64,000 nucleotides of DNA from Oikopleura dioica. Lineage: Eukaryota; Animalia; Chordata. Position numbers and translations under genes: made by a program. The stretch is taken from assembly GCA_907165135.1 (NCBI GenBank), contig OU015570.1, positions 1,240,001-1,304,000 on the forward strand. Reading direction: 5' to 3'. Positions 1 through 11,837 of the stretch are shown piece after piece (position 1 is the first letter of the stretch; each line of letters opens with the position of its first letter). The notes below the pieces were generated by a model. That model was not told where the DNA came from. It searched no databases and saw only the letters and a program-made list of their open reading frames with translations.

Positions 1-199
1 CATTGACCATTTTTTTTTCGTTTTGAGATAATATGAATCCCTGTCGGAGCAAAAGCAAGGAATCCGGTCAAAAATAGGATGTTGCTTGTCTGGAGGGAGA
101 AATAGATTTGAAATTCGCCAACGAATATCTTTTAGTAGTTTAAAGTAATTAGAATAAAAATATTTTTTCTAGGACTCTGGCAATTTGGAGAAAAGGATT

Positions 200-1400
200 T
201 AGAAAACGAGATTTGGCGAAAATTCATCGATCCGCGGATACAACGTCTACAGAACATTCCAATCGCACGTTATTTGAAATACAAAGCCAAGTTTGTTTCA
301 ATCAAAATAAACGGTATAATATTTCAATAAACTTTTCCTTTTTGAAGAAAATTAAGACGATCTTCCAACTCAATGCTCAATGGGGCGGAAGTTTCTTTAG
401 TTTTGTTGAGTTTTTGCTCAAATCGTCTTGATTTTTGAGTGACATTTCTTAGCTTTTTGTCGCCGTAGAAGGTCTTGTAGTTGTCATCAGAAAAAGAAAG
501 AGCTGCCATAATTTCGTCTCGCAATGCACCTTGACTTAGTTTGCCTGTAGTTTTTCTTCGATTCCATCTTTCAAGGCAGTCTATATACTTTCGTACCCAC
601 TCTTCCCAGCCATTAGAATCACAGCAATCATCAAAATGGGATCTACTGCATTCCAACTCCGAAAGCAAAAATTATCAGCACTCAAAAAATCCTCAGAATT
701 TATATCGCATGACTTGCAAAACAATATGACCTTTCCACCACATTTGTTCTTTTTTCTTTCGGAGCAGTCCATCTTCATCCAGTATTTGTAAACTACAAGG
801 TAATTAAAAAACCCGGCTTTGTAATTCTTTTTCATGTTCCGCATGAACAGTAGGAACGCTTCTTTATCAACCTTTGACAGCAACAAGGAAGAAACTAACT
901 AGTGGAGGCTTCATTCCTCCTTCAAGGCTCTTTCAAGATTGATGTAAGACTAATACAAGCTTTCTACATTCAGTTTTGCTTTAGCTGAAGAAAATGACTA
1001 GAGACAGGCTCGAAGCACCAAGAGTTTCTGACAAGAAAATGTGCGACTTTATACATGCTTAAATGTCAGTCCAGAAAGCCTCAAATAAATGACCAACGTT
1101 CTTTCAGAAATTCTTCAAGTCTTTGCTGGCCAGAAATCAAAGTTTGATAAAGAAGGGTTTCACATCGAAAATTTTACCTGGCTCCTCTTTAGCCTCAATT
1201 TTTTTAATGCTTTTTCAAGTGGTAGTCGTGGCACAAACCAGCTGGTTTCAGTTCCACATCTTATTCCTACATGAAATGTACGGACAGTAGGAATTAGTGA
1301 TAAGAATTCTGGACACTCGACGTTGCCTGAGCAGGGCCTTTCGGAAAACTCAAATTCTGTCGGTCACCGACTCGGTGGAGTTCTTGGCTTAAGACTCCCG
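200..1400 (-). CDS. Multi-exon host gene of unknown function, possibly degenerate; boundaries approximate
   Basis: Overlapping minus-strand ORF pieces (324-668, 581-886). A reading MLGSLKPRTPPSR/PCSGNVECPEFLSL...LKRSQ can be joined by short GT-AG introns. No domain recognised. Confidence 0.4.
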
Positions 1401-1894
1401 AGCATTTTCTCTTTGTTAAAAAAAGATTTTGATTTGATTAAAATTATCTAATTGCAATCTGATGAAAATTTTAATTACATAATAGTACCGGCATGCCTAT
1501 CCTGCGTCTCGCAGTCTTTAGTCTAGTAGACCTGCGACAATTCATAATTCTTGTGAATTCATAATGAAAAGAACACATTAGAATTATCATTTTATTCAGC
1601 TTTATTTTTGATTCACATGATGAAAATTATATTTCAGAATATTTTTGCAGAAAATATGGAAAAATCTAATTGTTGAGCCTCATCTGCCCAGAAGCTTCAT
1701 CTGCCCAGAAGCCTCATTCTCCCAGGCTTTTGCAAAAAGCATTTGGAAAAAGCCGGTATTAATCCAATTTCTCGATTCCACCTCAAAGGACGCGCTATAA
1801 CGATACATGAGTCTCTCTCAAAATGCTTTTCAAATGATAATTCAGTAAAAACTATTCGTGATTTTCAGTCAAAAATCCTTCGGTTCTCATTTGC

Positions 1895-3631
1895 TTGGCT
1901 GATAAAGAAAACAAAATTTTATTATTTGATAAATCTAAATATTTTGATCTTTTACTAAATGAGTTCTCGGGAGAAAATTTTCAGCGATTAGATAGTAATC
2001 CACTCGAACAAGATTTGACTGATTTTCGAGCAATGCTCAGACTTGTTGATAAATATGTCAACAAACATAGTTTCCGTATACAAATGCAACCCCTCGCACA
2101 ACTTAAGACATCCTACGCACTTTTCAAAACTCACAAAGAAAATTTTGGAGAAGATTTTCCAATCCGCCCTATTGTTAATCAAAAAAACTCAATAGGCACA
2201 AATTTATCACAAAAATTTTTTATGCCAATTTTCGAAAAATTTCCAACAGGAAATGGCATACAATCAAGCAAAGAATTTGCTGAATGGTTCAAATCCAAAT
2301 CTTTTCCGAATGATCAGATAGAAGTTTTTTCATTAGACGTGAAAAAATTATTTCCATCAGTTTGCACCAAAACACTTATTGATTTTTGTCTAGATGAAAT
2401 CTATGTACGCAATCGCGCTGTTAAAATGCTACCAAGATATCGTGACTCTGAAGGTAAACTTTTACCACCAATACCTAAACATCTCCTAAAAATCATGCTT
2501 ACATAAACTCTTACCCATTTTACAGCTGTCGAAGTTAATGGAAATTATTTTAGACAGTCTAAAGGACTTTCAATGGGAGATATAACAAGTCCAGTTCTTG
2601 CAAATTATTTTTTGCATCGCATAGAACATAAAGAAATCGAAAAAATGAAGTCTGAAGGACTTATTCTGAATTATTTTAGATATTGTGACGATTGTCTCAT
2701 TTTCGCTCCAAAAGGATCACAACATAAAATCACAGAAAGATTCCAAAATTTCCATCCTTCGATTATTTATGAGCTTGATATGCCCATAAATAAAGAACTA
2801 AAATTTCTTGATTATTGCATCTATGAAAGTCAAAAAAATGAAAAACTAGAAATAAAAAGTGCTCCGAAAGAATCTGTCACTATGGATTCTAAAACGGCAG
2901 TTGCGCCGAAAAATATGAAAATCGGAATTTTGAAATCAGAGTTTATTCGAGCTAAAATCCGAAATTCAGAGCCAGAACAACTTGAACAAGCTTTTAATGA
3001 TCTTTCGAAAAAATTTGAAACACTTGGATATTCATCAAAAACTATTGATTCCGCAAAAGCCCATGCAAAGGGAAAAAATGACTCAGATAATAAAATAAAT
3101 TGGGCAGAGGAGATATCAGATAATCCTGATAGAAATCATTGTTTACCAATTCCCTTTACGAGTGCAAGAGTATCTAAAGTTGCAAGCGATTTAAAAAAAC
3201 TCGTCAAATCAGTGTCCCCGGATTTTAATCTCAGAATATCACATAAAACACTCAATTTAAGAAATACAATTATTTCAAAGCTATATAGTGAGAAAGACCC
3301 TCTTTCGGCAGTAAATGCAATCTATAAATTCAGTTGTAGTTGTCCTTCCAGTTATATCGGAGAGACGATTAATGTCCGAGCTAGAATAAATCAACACTTT
3401 ACCCCGTCACACAGGGGAAAACCGTACTTGCATATAACCGAATGCGAAATGTACCAGAAGGAGTTGAGTGAATCTGGACTTGACCCAAAAAGTATTTTTC
3501 AATCCAGATTTAAAATCCTCGAGCAAAACTTGGATCTCAGAGAAAGGAAGAAATTAGAGGCAGTCCATATTGTTCTCGATAGGCCTGATCTCAACATTCA
3601 AGTCCATCATGAGAGCATAAGTTTTGTTTGA
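1895..3631 (+). pseudogene. PLE-1 RT-endonuclease ORF interrupted by one in-frame TAA (2504-2506)
   Basis: ORFs 1895-2506 and 2573-3631 are in the same frame. The bridge reads MLT*TLTHFTAVEVNGNYFRQSKGLSMG. Confidence 0.88.
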
Positions 3632-3844
3632 AGATTTTATATCGAGACAGGGGCTTTTACGCGCGAAAATTGGTTGCCCCTGTCTCATTGTAAACATTTC
3701 GGCGCTTATTGTTGTTTTTGAAATATAATCTCTAGAACATCAGTGATTGTGGTAGTTGTTTTCGAATTTCTCATCAGTTCTGTCTTTGCATCTCAAAAGG
3801 TAACAGCTTTTTATGTTTCTGATTTTTTTCCAACTATTTGTCTG

Positions 3845-3884
3845 TAGCACTGAAGAAGCCGAAATTGGCGAAAAGCTTATGCTA
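3845..3884 (+). ncRNA. Minimal type I hammerhead ribozyme (HHR-1)
   Basis: Stem I TAGCA/TGCTA, core CTGAAGA, stem II GCC-gaaatt-GGC, GAAA, palindromic stem III AAGCTT, cleavage triplet UUA. Confidence 0.85.
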
Positions 3885-4711
3885 AATAAATGAAATGTAA
3901 TATATTGGATTGTTAAATAATTTATTATGTCTTAAAAATAACCGCCTTTCTAAGCAAAAACTAAGTTTTCAATTCATAAATACTGTCAAAACACCCGTTT
4001 ATTTTTAAAAAACTTTTATTCTTGATTTTATTTTCGATTGAGGACGCTTATTTCACGCCGCGCTCTGATTGGCGTGCGCTCGGCAAGGCTCTGAGCTCGG
4101 GGAAGTGTGGGTAGGCTTCACTAGGACAAGAGCTTCATTTGGACAGAGCTTTATTTGGACAGAAGCCTCACTTGGACAACTTTTTTACGAATTTCAAAAA
4201 CGACTATACATAGGGGGTCCACCGAGGGAAAATCGATTTTTTTTATCATCCCTTTATAGGGATGAATGACACATCGATAGAAAGCCTATGATCCACTGAT
4301 CATTTTGACATGTGACTTGGTGTCATCAAAGGTCAGGTGAGGTCACATGGGGTCAAAATATGATTTTTCTCAACTTTCACGTAGATAGGGTTTTGTCGCA
4401 TGAATTTGATCGCTGATGATCTCTGATCATAATAATGATCATAAAAAGCTCTTAGGATCCATCCTGAGCGATCAGACCGAAAAAAAAGAAAATGAAAAAA
4501 TTTTGAGTTTTTCTATCAAAATTTATTAGCTAGCAAATTTCCTCCTTCCGAAAAATATAAAAACCAAAAAATGCTAATAATAAGAAATAATAAGGATTTA
4601 ACGACTAAGGGAGCGGGTGGGGTTGGGGACAAAACTCATGAAATCATCAACCAAGACTTGGTTACCAAGTCAAAAGGCCAAGAACGACGGCCTTAGTCAA
4701 GCCCATTTTAA

Positions 4712-5463
4712 GGATATAGCCTATGTAATTGAACTTGTATAGCGCCTAAATGCGACGTCGGATCATTTTATTTCAAAAACAATCCTATCTAAAAATGTAT
4801 GGAGAACTCGATTCTGGTACTTTTTTTAAAATTTTCATAAGAATTTTTCTCTGTAGAACGTTTTGAAATCTTACGATCGCGATTTCTCGAAATATTTACA
4901 TTAAATCGCTAAAAGTAAACCGATGACTGCATTAGCAAAATGCTTAAATAAAATATTGTGGCTGAAAAATCCTCAGACTCTGCAAAATTTTCATTCTAGT
5001 GTTTTCCTCTTTCTTGCTCCTGTTTTTCTTCCATCCGCGCTTTTGTGGGTCGAACCAATCAGAGCGCTCTTTCAAACTCGCAGACTCTCTCGGGAAAGAG
5101 GAGCCGAGAGATTGAGCACCCAGCGCAGCGCTTTTTACACAATTCACGCGCTGAGGAAGCCTCATAGAAATGGCTCTAGAATCGGTTTTTGTCGGGATAA
5201 AAGAAAACCAAACCCACAATATTGTAGATAAGGGTGTAGATTACTTTTCTATCAAAAAAACTCGACCGATTTTATGTAAATATTTCGAGAAATCGCGATC
5301 GTAAGATTTCAAAACGCTCTACAGAGAAAAATTCTGATGAAAATTTTTAAAAAAATACCAGAATCGAGTTCTGCATACATTTTTAGATAGGATTATTTTT
5401 GAAATAAAATGATCCGACGTCGCATTTACGCGCTATGAAAGTTCAATTTCAAAGGCTATATCC
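4712..5463. mobile_element. Kolobok-like MITE (TTAA TSD, GG termini, ~200-bp TIRs)
   Basis: TTAA|GGATATAGCC ... GGCTATATCC|TTAA. Bases 4712-4910 are an imperfect inverted copy of 5265-5463. Inserted in the TTAA of a 56-bp repeat unit. Confidence 0.8.
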
Positions 5464-6258
5464 TTAAATAAAAAGCCAGTGACGGGACTGAGACGGCCCG
5501 AAGGGCCGTCAAGCCCATTTTAAATAAAAAGCCAGGGACGGGGCTGAGACGGCCCGAAGGGCCGTTAAGCCCATTTTAAATAAAAAGCCAGGGACGGGGC
5601 TGAGACGGCCCGAAGGGCCGTCAAGCCCATTTTAAATTAAAAGCCAGGGACGGGGCTGAGACGGCCCGAAGGGCCGTCAAGCCCATTTTAAATAAAAAAC
5701 CAGGGACGGGGCTAAGACGGCCCGAAGGGCCGTCAAGCCCATTTTAAATTAAAAGCCAGGGACGGGACTGAGACGGCCCGAAGGGCCGTCAAGCCCATTT
5801 TAAATTAATAGCCAGGGACGGGACTGAGACGGCCCGAAGGGCCGTCAAGCCCATTTTAAATAAAAAGCCAGGGACGGGACTGAGACGGCCCGAAGGGCCG
5901 TCAAGCCCATTTTAAATTAAAAGCCAGGGACGGGACTGAGACGGCCCGAAGGGCCGTCAAGCCCATTTTAAATTAAAAGCCAGGGACGGGACTGAGACGG
6001 CCCGAAGGGCCGTCAAGCCCATTTTAAATAAAAAGCCAGGGACGGGGCTGAGACGGCCCGAAGGGCCGTCAAGCCCATTTTAAATTAAAAGCCAGGGACG
6101 GGGCTGAGACGGCCCGAAGGGCCGTCAAGCCCATTTTAAATAAAAAACCAGGGACGGGGCTAAGACGGCCCGAAGGGCCGTCAAGCCCATTTTAAATAAA
6201 AAGCCAGCGACGGGGCTGAGACGGCCCGAAGGGCCCTCAAGCCCATTTAAATAAAAAC
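5464..6258. repeat. 56-bp minisatellite, 14 copies, each with a GACGGCCC-GAA-GGGCCGTC hairpin
   Basis: Unit TTAAATAAAAAGCCAGGGACGGGGCTGAGACGGCCCGAAGGGCCGTCAAGCCCATT counted directly. Confidence 0.97.
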
Positions 6259-7344
6259 CAGAGCCCGCAATGATCACGAGACTTGTATTTTATTCATGAG
6301 ATTATTATTCTGGACCGTAATAACATAAAAAAATGAGTAAAAAAAAGTCTCATCGTCGGGAATCGAACACCTCAGATTGGACAGAGAAGCGATTTTGGAG
6401 AAAGAATTGGCTCTAGAATTTTTTGCACACGAGTGCACAATACGATTCACCTATCAGAAAATAGCATTTTTTCTGTAGATTACAATTCTTATGGTTTACA
6501 GTTGAAGTCTTTTGGAACATTTTTTAAAACGCAAAAAGTGCTAGCTCGAGCCAAAAATTGAATTTTAAGGGATGAAATAGGGATTTTCGGGGGTTGCCAT
6601 AATGAAAAAGAATTATCCTCATCATCTAAGGAACTCATTCCATCAATTGTTTTTCATGTTTTAGAAGGTTGAATTTCACGGAATTTTCCCACGGTGCCAC
6701 CGTGACGGTGGACCCCTAACTATACATGAATAACGTACCTAATAATAAATTATTATGGCGAAATAACATTAATAATTAACACTATAAGATGTTTTTCTTT
6801 ATCTAAAAAGTGAAAAATACCATTTTTTCACCAATAAATTTATTTTATCAGATGTTTATGGAAGAAACTTGCAAATTTTATAAAAAAGCGTTACTTTCTT
6901 TCTAAGAATCGTACGTAAAATTCGTGAAGAGGACCTTTTATAAATCTTGTCCAAGTAAAGCTTCTGTCCAAATGAAGCTCTGTCCAAGTGAAGCTCTTGT
7001 CCAAGTGAAGCCTACTCGGGGAAGTGTGGTAGGTGTTGTACGTTTCAGAATATACACGCCTCGCTGTTGTGGATATGCATTTGCTGCGATGCGAAAAGAT
7101 TGACTCTAGTTTTGCGAATTGTAAAAAATTAATATTAGCGACATTTAGTAGCAAGCGGTCTGGCAGAAAAGTGGCCGGGGCCAAGCGAAAGTTATTTTGG
7201 ACAGGTGCGGCGAATCTACTTTCCTTATTCGGAAATGAGCAAAGCGAATCCACAACATCGCGCTAAATCTCGATCTGATGGCCAAATAAAACAGCTAAAA
7301 ATATGGATAATATATATAATAATATAATAAAATATTTCCAAATC

Positions 7345-7445
7345 AATTTGAGGTGGGTGAGGTTGTGGACGTAACTGAGAATGATCAACTTAGATTTCCC
7401 AGCCCTTGTCAAGCCCCTTAAATTCAAAAATCAAGGGACGGTGCT
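7345..7445 (+). repeat. Short interspersed repeat family ending GTCAAGCCCCTTAAATT; other copies near 4610, 8740, 14905, 43636 (-) and 50395 (-)
   Basis: Shared GGTGGGATTGGGGAC..CTGAGAATGATCAACTCAG..TTTGTCAAGCCCC. The 8830-8900 copy includes the satellite hairpin. Confidence 0.8.
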
Positions 7446-7475
7446 GGGGTGACATTTCCATTTTTCTTGTTCTCT

Positions 7476-7516
7476 TTGCACTGAAGATGGTCTAAAGGGC
7501 CGAAATCGATATGCAA
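7476..7516 (+). ncRNA. Minimal type I hammerhead ribozyme (HHR-2), solo
   Basis: Stem I TTGCA/TGCAA, CTGAAGA, stem II GGTC/GGCC, GAAA, palindrome ATCGAT, cleavage triplet AUA. AATAAA overlaps the 3' end. Confidence 0.82.
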
Positions 7517-8169
7517 TAAATTTCATATCAATCATTTACATCGATGTCATTTATCAAGCTATAAATTATAGCAAATTATAATATCAATCGATGCAGAATT
7601 TAATATTCTTTTGAAATAAAGATGAATCAGGTATAACCAACCGGTTACTTCCAATTAAAATGAGTAAAACTACCGACAAACACAAGGAATGTCGAAAAAA
7701 AATATATTTTTAGTATACAAATATACCATGAAGGAAAATATAAAAATACTGTTCAAACCTTACTGCATAATAAGGGTTTCTATCGGGAAGGCGGCGCGGG
7801 GGCGGAAAATTTTCTCATATTTCCATCCCTGTCCTAGATTATAAAATTTTCGATCCATTATTCCTTTCTTTTAATAGATTTTCAGTAAAAAACATTTTGA
7901 TATAGATATTGAAATTTCATGCTTTTCGGAAATATATGAAATGTGGCAAATCTATCAAGCAAAGCCTTTCAAATATACTCTCACGTTCAAAATTTTTCTA
8001 CGACCACTACAAAAAAGTTGCTGCGCCGAGAGAAATTCCGATTCCGAAAATCTGCCCAGCTCAAATGGCTCAAAGGAGAAAGACATAAGTAGTCCCACTG
8101 GAAAGTTCGTAGTCTTTTTACTAAAGTTACAAAGGCGCATTTTTAGAATTTAGAACTGATAAGTCCTTA

Positions 8170-9626
8170 TAGGGATCGAACGCAAATCAAAATGGCAAAT
8201 TTTTAAAAAACTGGTAGACCCTTGAGAAGAAAATTTTGAATAGTAAAGTCCATACGCTGATTTCAAATCTCATAATGAAATTCCAGTATCACTTACGGTT
8301 CTCCTGATACTGTTGGTTTAACAGCCTTCCTGTGGATGCGCAATCACGCGTACCTAATGATCACGCGTACTTGCGCTGACCATTTTAGTATTTCTCTGGT
8401 ATGACTCATCAATGAAGAGCCGGCATAAAAAGCGCGAAAAAAAATTCGCAGCGGGACTCGAACCCGGATGCTCACATCCGTGATCCAGCGCGAAACCACT
8501 TAGCTACGAATGATCTAAGGGACAGCTCTTCTGCATGAATTTATTAATCAAATTTTTAGATGTTTTCTAGGAACTCTTTTATTTTATTTTTTGATAATTT
8601 GTATTAAGAAAATTTGGCTTTTTTATAGATGAAATATTCGTTATACAATAAATTTCCAAATAAAAATTAAAAATTTTCAAAATCTTGGATCAAAACCATA
8701 ATTAAAATAAAAACTATGATAATTTGAATTTTTAAAAAGATGGAGGTGGGTGGGATTGGGGACAAACCTGAGAATGATCGACTCAGAGTTACACGACTTT
8801 GTCAAGCCCCTTAAATTAAAAAATCAAGGAACAGGGCTGAGACGGCCCGAAGGGCCGTCAAGCCCCTTTAATTAAAAAATCAAGGAACAGGGCTAAGACA
8901 TCAGTTTGATAAAAATCATTTGATAAAAAATAAGTTTTAGGGGGTCAAATTAAGAAAATTGCTAAAAGAATGATCATATTACGCGAATTTTACAAGGTCA
9001 GCCCGACCACTGACCCCATTTCATCTTGAGCTGGCCTTTTTCGAAGATTTCCGAGCTTTCAGCTCAATAAATTTTTTATCAATTAAAAGCTATCATCGAT
9101 GGTGAGGATCTGGCTCTTTAAATAAATTTAATGTTGTTAGCCACTTCAACATTAACCAGTTCATAAAAATAAACGCTCAAAATCGGTCATGCTGACCTAG
9201 ATAGCGTTAATTTATACCCATGTAAAATAGAGCTGGAGTTTAAGTATGAATGGCACAGTGGGCTTCTTATAGAAAAGAGCTTTCTCCATGAAGTGCGTTC
9301 GATTCTCGGCGCCTCCAATATTTTTCATATTTCTATTGGTCAGAGCGCGGGCTCGCTCGTACCAAAAACTCGAAACGCGTCGCGGCAAAAGCTTTTCGCC
9401 CTGGAGCGCCACCTTTGCGTGACGCTTCGCCGCGCTGCGCGCTTCTTATTGGCTCTTTTCTTTTTCTCTCATTATTTTTCAAAGAGTGATAACTCAAAAA
9501 CTACTAAACCTATAAAAATTTAAATTTCATATTTGAAAAGCCTGAGTCTTAAAACCCATTTTTTCATTCATAAGTTCAGAAAAAAAATTTTTGGGTGCCC
9601 CGGTGGTGATTTGCGTTCGATCCCTA
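8170..9626. mobile_element. Non-autonomous hAT-type element
   Basis: TIR TAGGGATCGAACGCAAATCA (Ac-like TAGGGAT start). 8-bp TSD AGTCCTTA at 8162-8169 and 9627-9634. Confidence 0.85.
8444..8512 (-). other. tRNA-derived Pol III head (SINE-like or pseudo-tRNA)
   Basis: A box TAGCTAAGTGG and B box GGTTCGAGTCCC at tRNA-like spacing. Acceptor and D stems do not pair properly. Confidence 0.45.
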
Positions 9627-9860
9627 AGTCCTTATTTTCGGATTAAGGGTAAAAATCCCGGTGCGCTCGGAGGGAAAAACTTTCAATGTCAGTCAAAATT
9701 CATACCGCACAAGTTTTAAATCACAATTTTATTGCTATTTAATTGTACTCTCAAATACTCTACACTGTCTACACTGTAGAGTCTACAGTCTAAATTACCG
9801 TTCTGAAAGGTGGAAGAGTAACTTAGGTAAAATTGATGCCGGGGAAATTTATTTAGGATA

Positions 9861-11837
9861 ATGCGTTTTAAGAGAGCGAGCCGAAATGATATTGGGAAGC
9901 AAACAATGTATAACAAAACGACATGCAAATGCCGACTGGAATCTTCAAGAACTTCTCCAACGATGCGATACATTCTGGACGACAAATCAGAGCGAAAGCC
10001 TTCATTTTTCGCTAAAGAATTCCTACGCCACTCCTCGCTGTCTCCATTTGCCTCCAGTTCAGCAGCAACGAAGACCTTCAAACTGCTATCCCCAATTATC
10101 GCAAAATTTTCTGCCCGAAATAGGTATTTTCTTGAAAGTAACTGCCCCTCAAAAACAAGACATTAAAGTCACTTTCGACTTTAGATTCGGATTCTCCGCA
10201 ACAAAAATCACTGTTGGAGATACTTCTAGCGAAATATATTTTTTGTCTTTCATATCTCCATATTTGCGGCTTATCTGGTGGTTTTGCTTGATCTGATTTA
10301 GCAGCTCAACTCGCTCTTCTTGTTAACACATCGGCTCAGCCATCATACGCTGAGGTTGCATCGCCACTGTCGAGCTACCTCAGGTTGGGAGAAGCTTTGT
10401 CCGCACGGAAGTAATACAGTGCGTGAGGAGAAAGAGAGTTCGTAGGGAGCAAGTTTTTTTGCTACGGGAGTAGATTATTTTGTCCGTGCGCAGGGCAGTC
10501 TGTCCGTGCGGGGGATTTTGTTTACGCAGGAGTTTGTGTAACTCCGCACGCAGCGCGTATTGCACATTGAGATCCACTATACTTTCAAGGACTTCCGTAC
10601 GTCGTTAGTCCCTTTGGGCGCGAGGAACATATTTTTTATAATAGCTTCTTGCAATAAACGGCAAGGCTCGAGATTTGGTACGCTCAGCGCGAATGACGCG
10701 AAAGCGCTGGGCCGTACTCAACACGAGGTACGCTTAAGGGTGTCCCCAACGATCGAGGCCGAGACTGTCTAATTCGGTGACTCAAATTTTTCTTTTTATT
10801 TAGGAAATTCCGATTCCGAACCTTTTTCAGATCTTCAATATCTTATCTACTTCTCGAGATATGGCTTTTTCTATGAGCACGCTAATGCATTAGCCTTCGA
10901 TAGAAATGCACTGTGAAAATGGCTATTTTGAAATTCTGAATTAAGTGTAGCAAATAATATATACCCTGAAAGCTTGAAAAATTTCCTTTCTGCTGATACC
11001 ATTTTCAAAAAGATCCGATGAATTTTACTTATTGTAAGAGCGCGTGAAAACTCAAAAACACCTGCTCTTTGGCGCCGGAAAAGGGGATTAACCTACTTAT
11101 CGGTGCACAATCTGAGCTCATGGGAGACTTGTTGAAGGATCGAACTATGTTCAAACTGAAATTTGAAAAAAAATCAAGCGATTAGAGCCCTAAAATTTGG
11201 TTTAAATTTTGTTAAAATCATCATTATATATATTGTATATTTATATATGCATTTGATATAATTATAAAAAATCTGTCAAGATTAATGCAGAGAAAAGTGT
11301 TTAAGGAACATTATTCTTTTCGAAATTTGAAATTTGAACGAGTACATTTCGAGAAAAACGATCTCAAAGTTCACCGAGATTACAGAAATCGAACTTCTTT
11401 GAAGCGGCGGTAGGGGATTAACGGATCAAAATCTACAAAATCGGTCAAGATTAATGCAGAAAGAAGGGTCCAAATAATAATATTCAAATAGTTTTTTCAT
11501 GTAGAAACTATCCGATAAGTAGAATTATTAACTCAAAGTTGATCCTGTTTCAAAAAAATCGTTGGGGACACCCTTAAGTGTACTCTTCCTCGGAGCGAAC
11601 CTCTTGGTAGCTCCGACAAACAAGTCGAAAAGGCGATCTCGAGAGAACAATTTGGTATAGAGATCCCGGTAAAAATATATTAAGAAGAAAATTTCATAGT
11701 TGAAGACGATGACATCGAGGGAGAGGATGAAGAAAAAAATTTCTCTGAATCAGAAAGCGAAGCTGATTATGTCATTACAGATGACCGAAATGCGCTTGAT
11801 ATGCCGATAATAATTCGTCCAAATGCCAATTACTGAA
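9861..11837 (+). pseudogene. Degenerate transposase-like coding remnants with an acidic tail, split by a MITE
   Basis: ELLQRCDTFWTTNQSESLHFSL resembles the L..C...TQN.NES.H motif of DDE transposases of the Kolobok/Mutator-like class. The frame resumes after 11577 (KCTLPRSEP...EDDDIEGEDEE). Confidence 0.3.
10738..11573. mobile_element. Kolobok-like MITE
   Basis: TTAA|GGGTGTCCCCAACGAT ... ATCGTTGGGGACACCC|TTAA. Confidence 0.85.

Larger units (their letters stand above)
1743..3890 (+). mobile_element. Penelope-like element PLE-1 (RT + GIY-YIG) with 3' hammerhead and AATAAA
   Basis: ADKENKILLFD N-terminal motif, LDVKKLFPSV, QSKGLSMGDITSPVLAN, FRYCDD, and GIY-YIG AIYKFSCSCPSSYIGET with downstream H..H..C. 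Hammerhead at 3845, AATAAA at 3885-3890. Confidence 0.92.
4211..6718. mobile_element. Non-autonomous hAT-type element
   Basis: TIR TAGGGG(G)TCCACCG. 8-bp TSD ACTATACA at 4203-4210 and 6719-6726. Confidence 0.8.
4109..7017. mobile_element. MULE-type foldback MITE hosting nested insertions
   Basis: TIR G(G/A)GTAGGCTTCACT(A/T)GGACAAGAGCTTC with subterminal ~17-bp repeats. 10-bp TSD GGGGAAGTGT at 4099-4108 and 7018-7027. Confidence 0.75.

Noticed and set aside
5464-6258. CRISPR array (regular palindromic repeats)
   Set aside because: Units are contiguous and nearly identical with no unique spacers, there are no cas genes, and the context is eukaryotic.
4097-7029. Apparent 14-bp TSD implying a new transposon class
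   Set aside because: It resolves into a 10-bp TSD plus 2-bp imperfect TIR ends (GG/GA), which is normal for MULEs.
8444-8512. Functional tRNA gene
   Set aside because: A and B boxes are present but the acceptor, D and anticodon stems do not form a cloverleaf.
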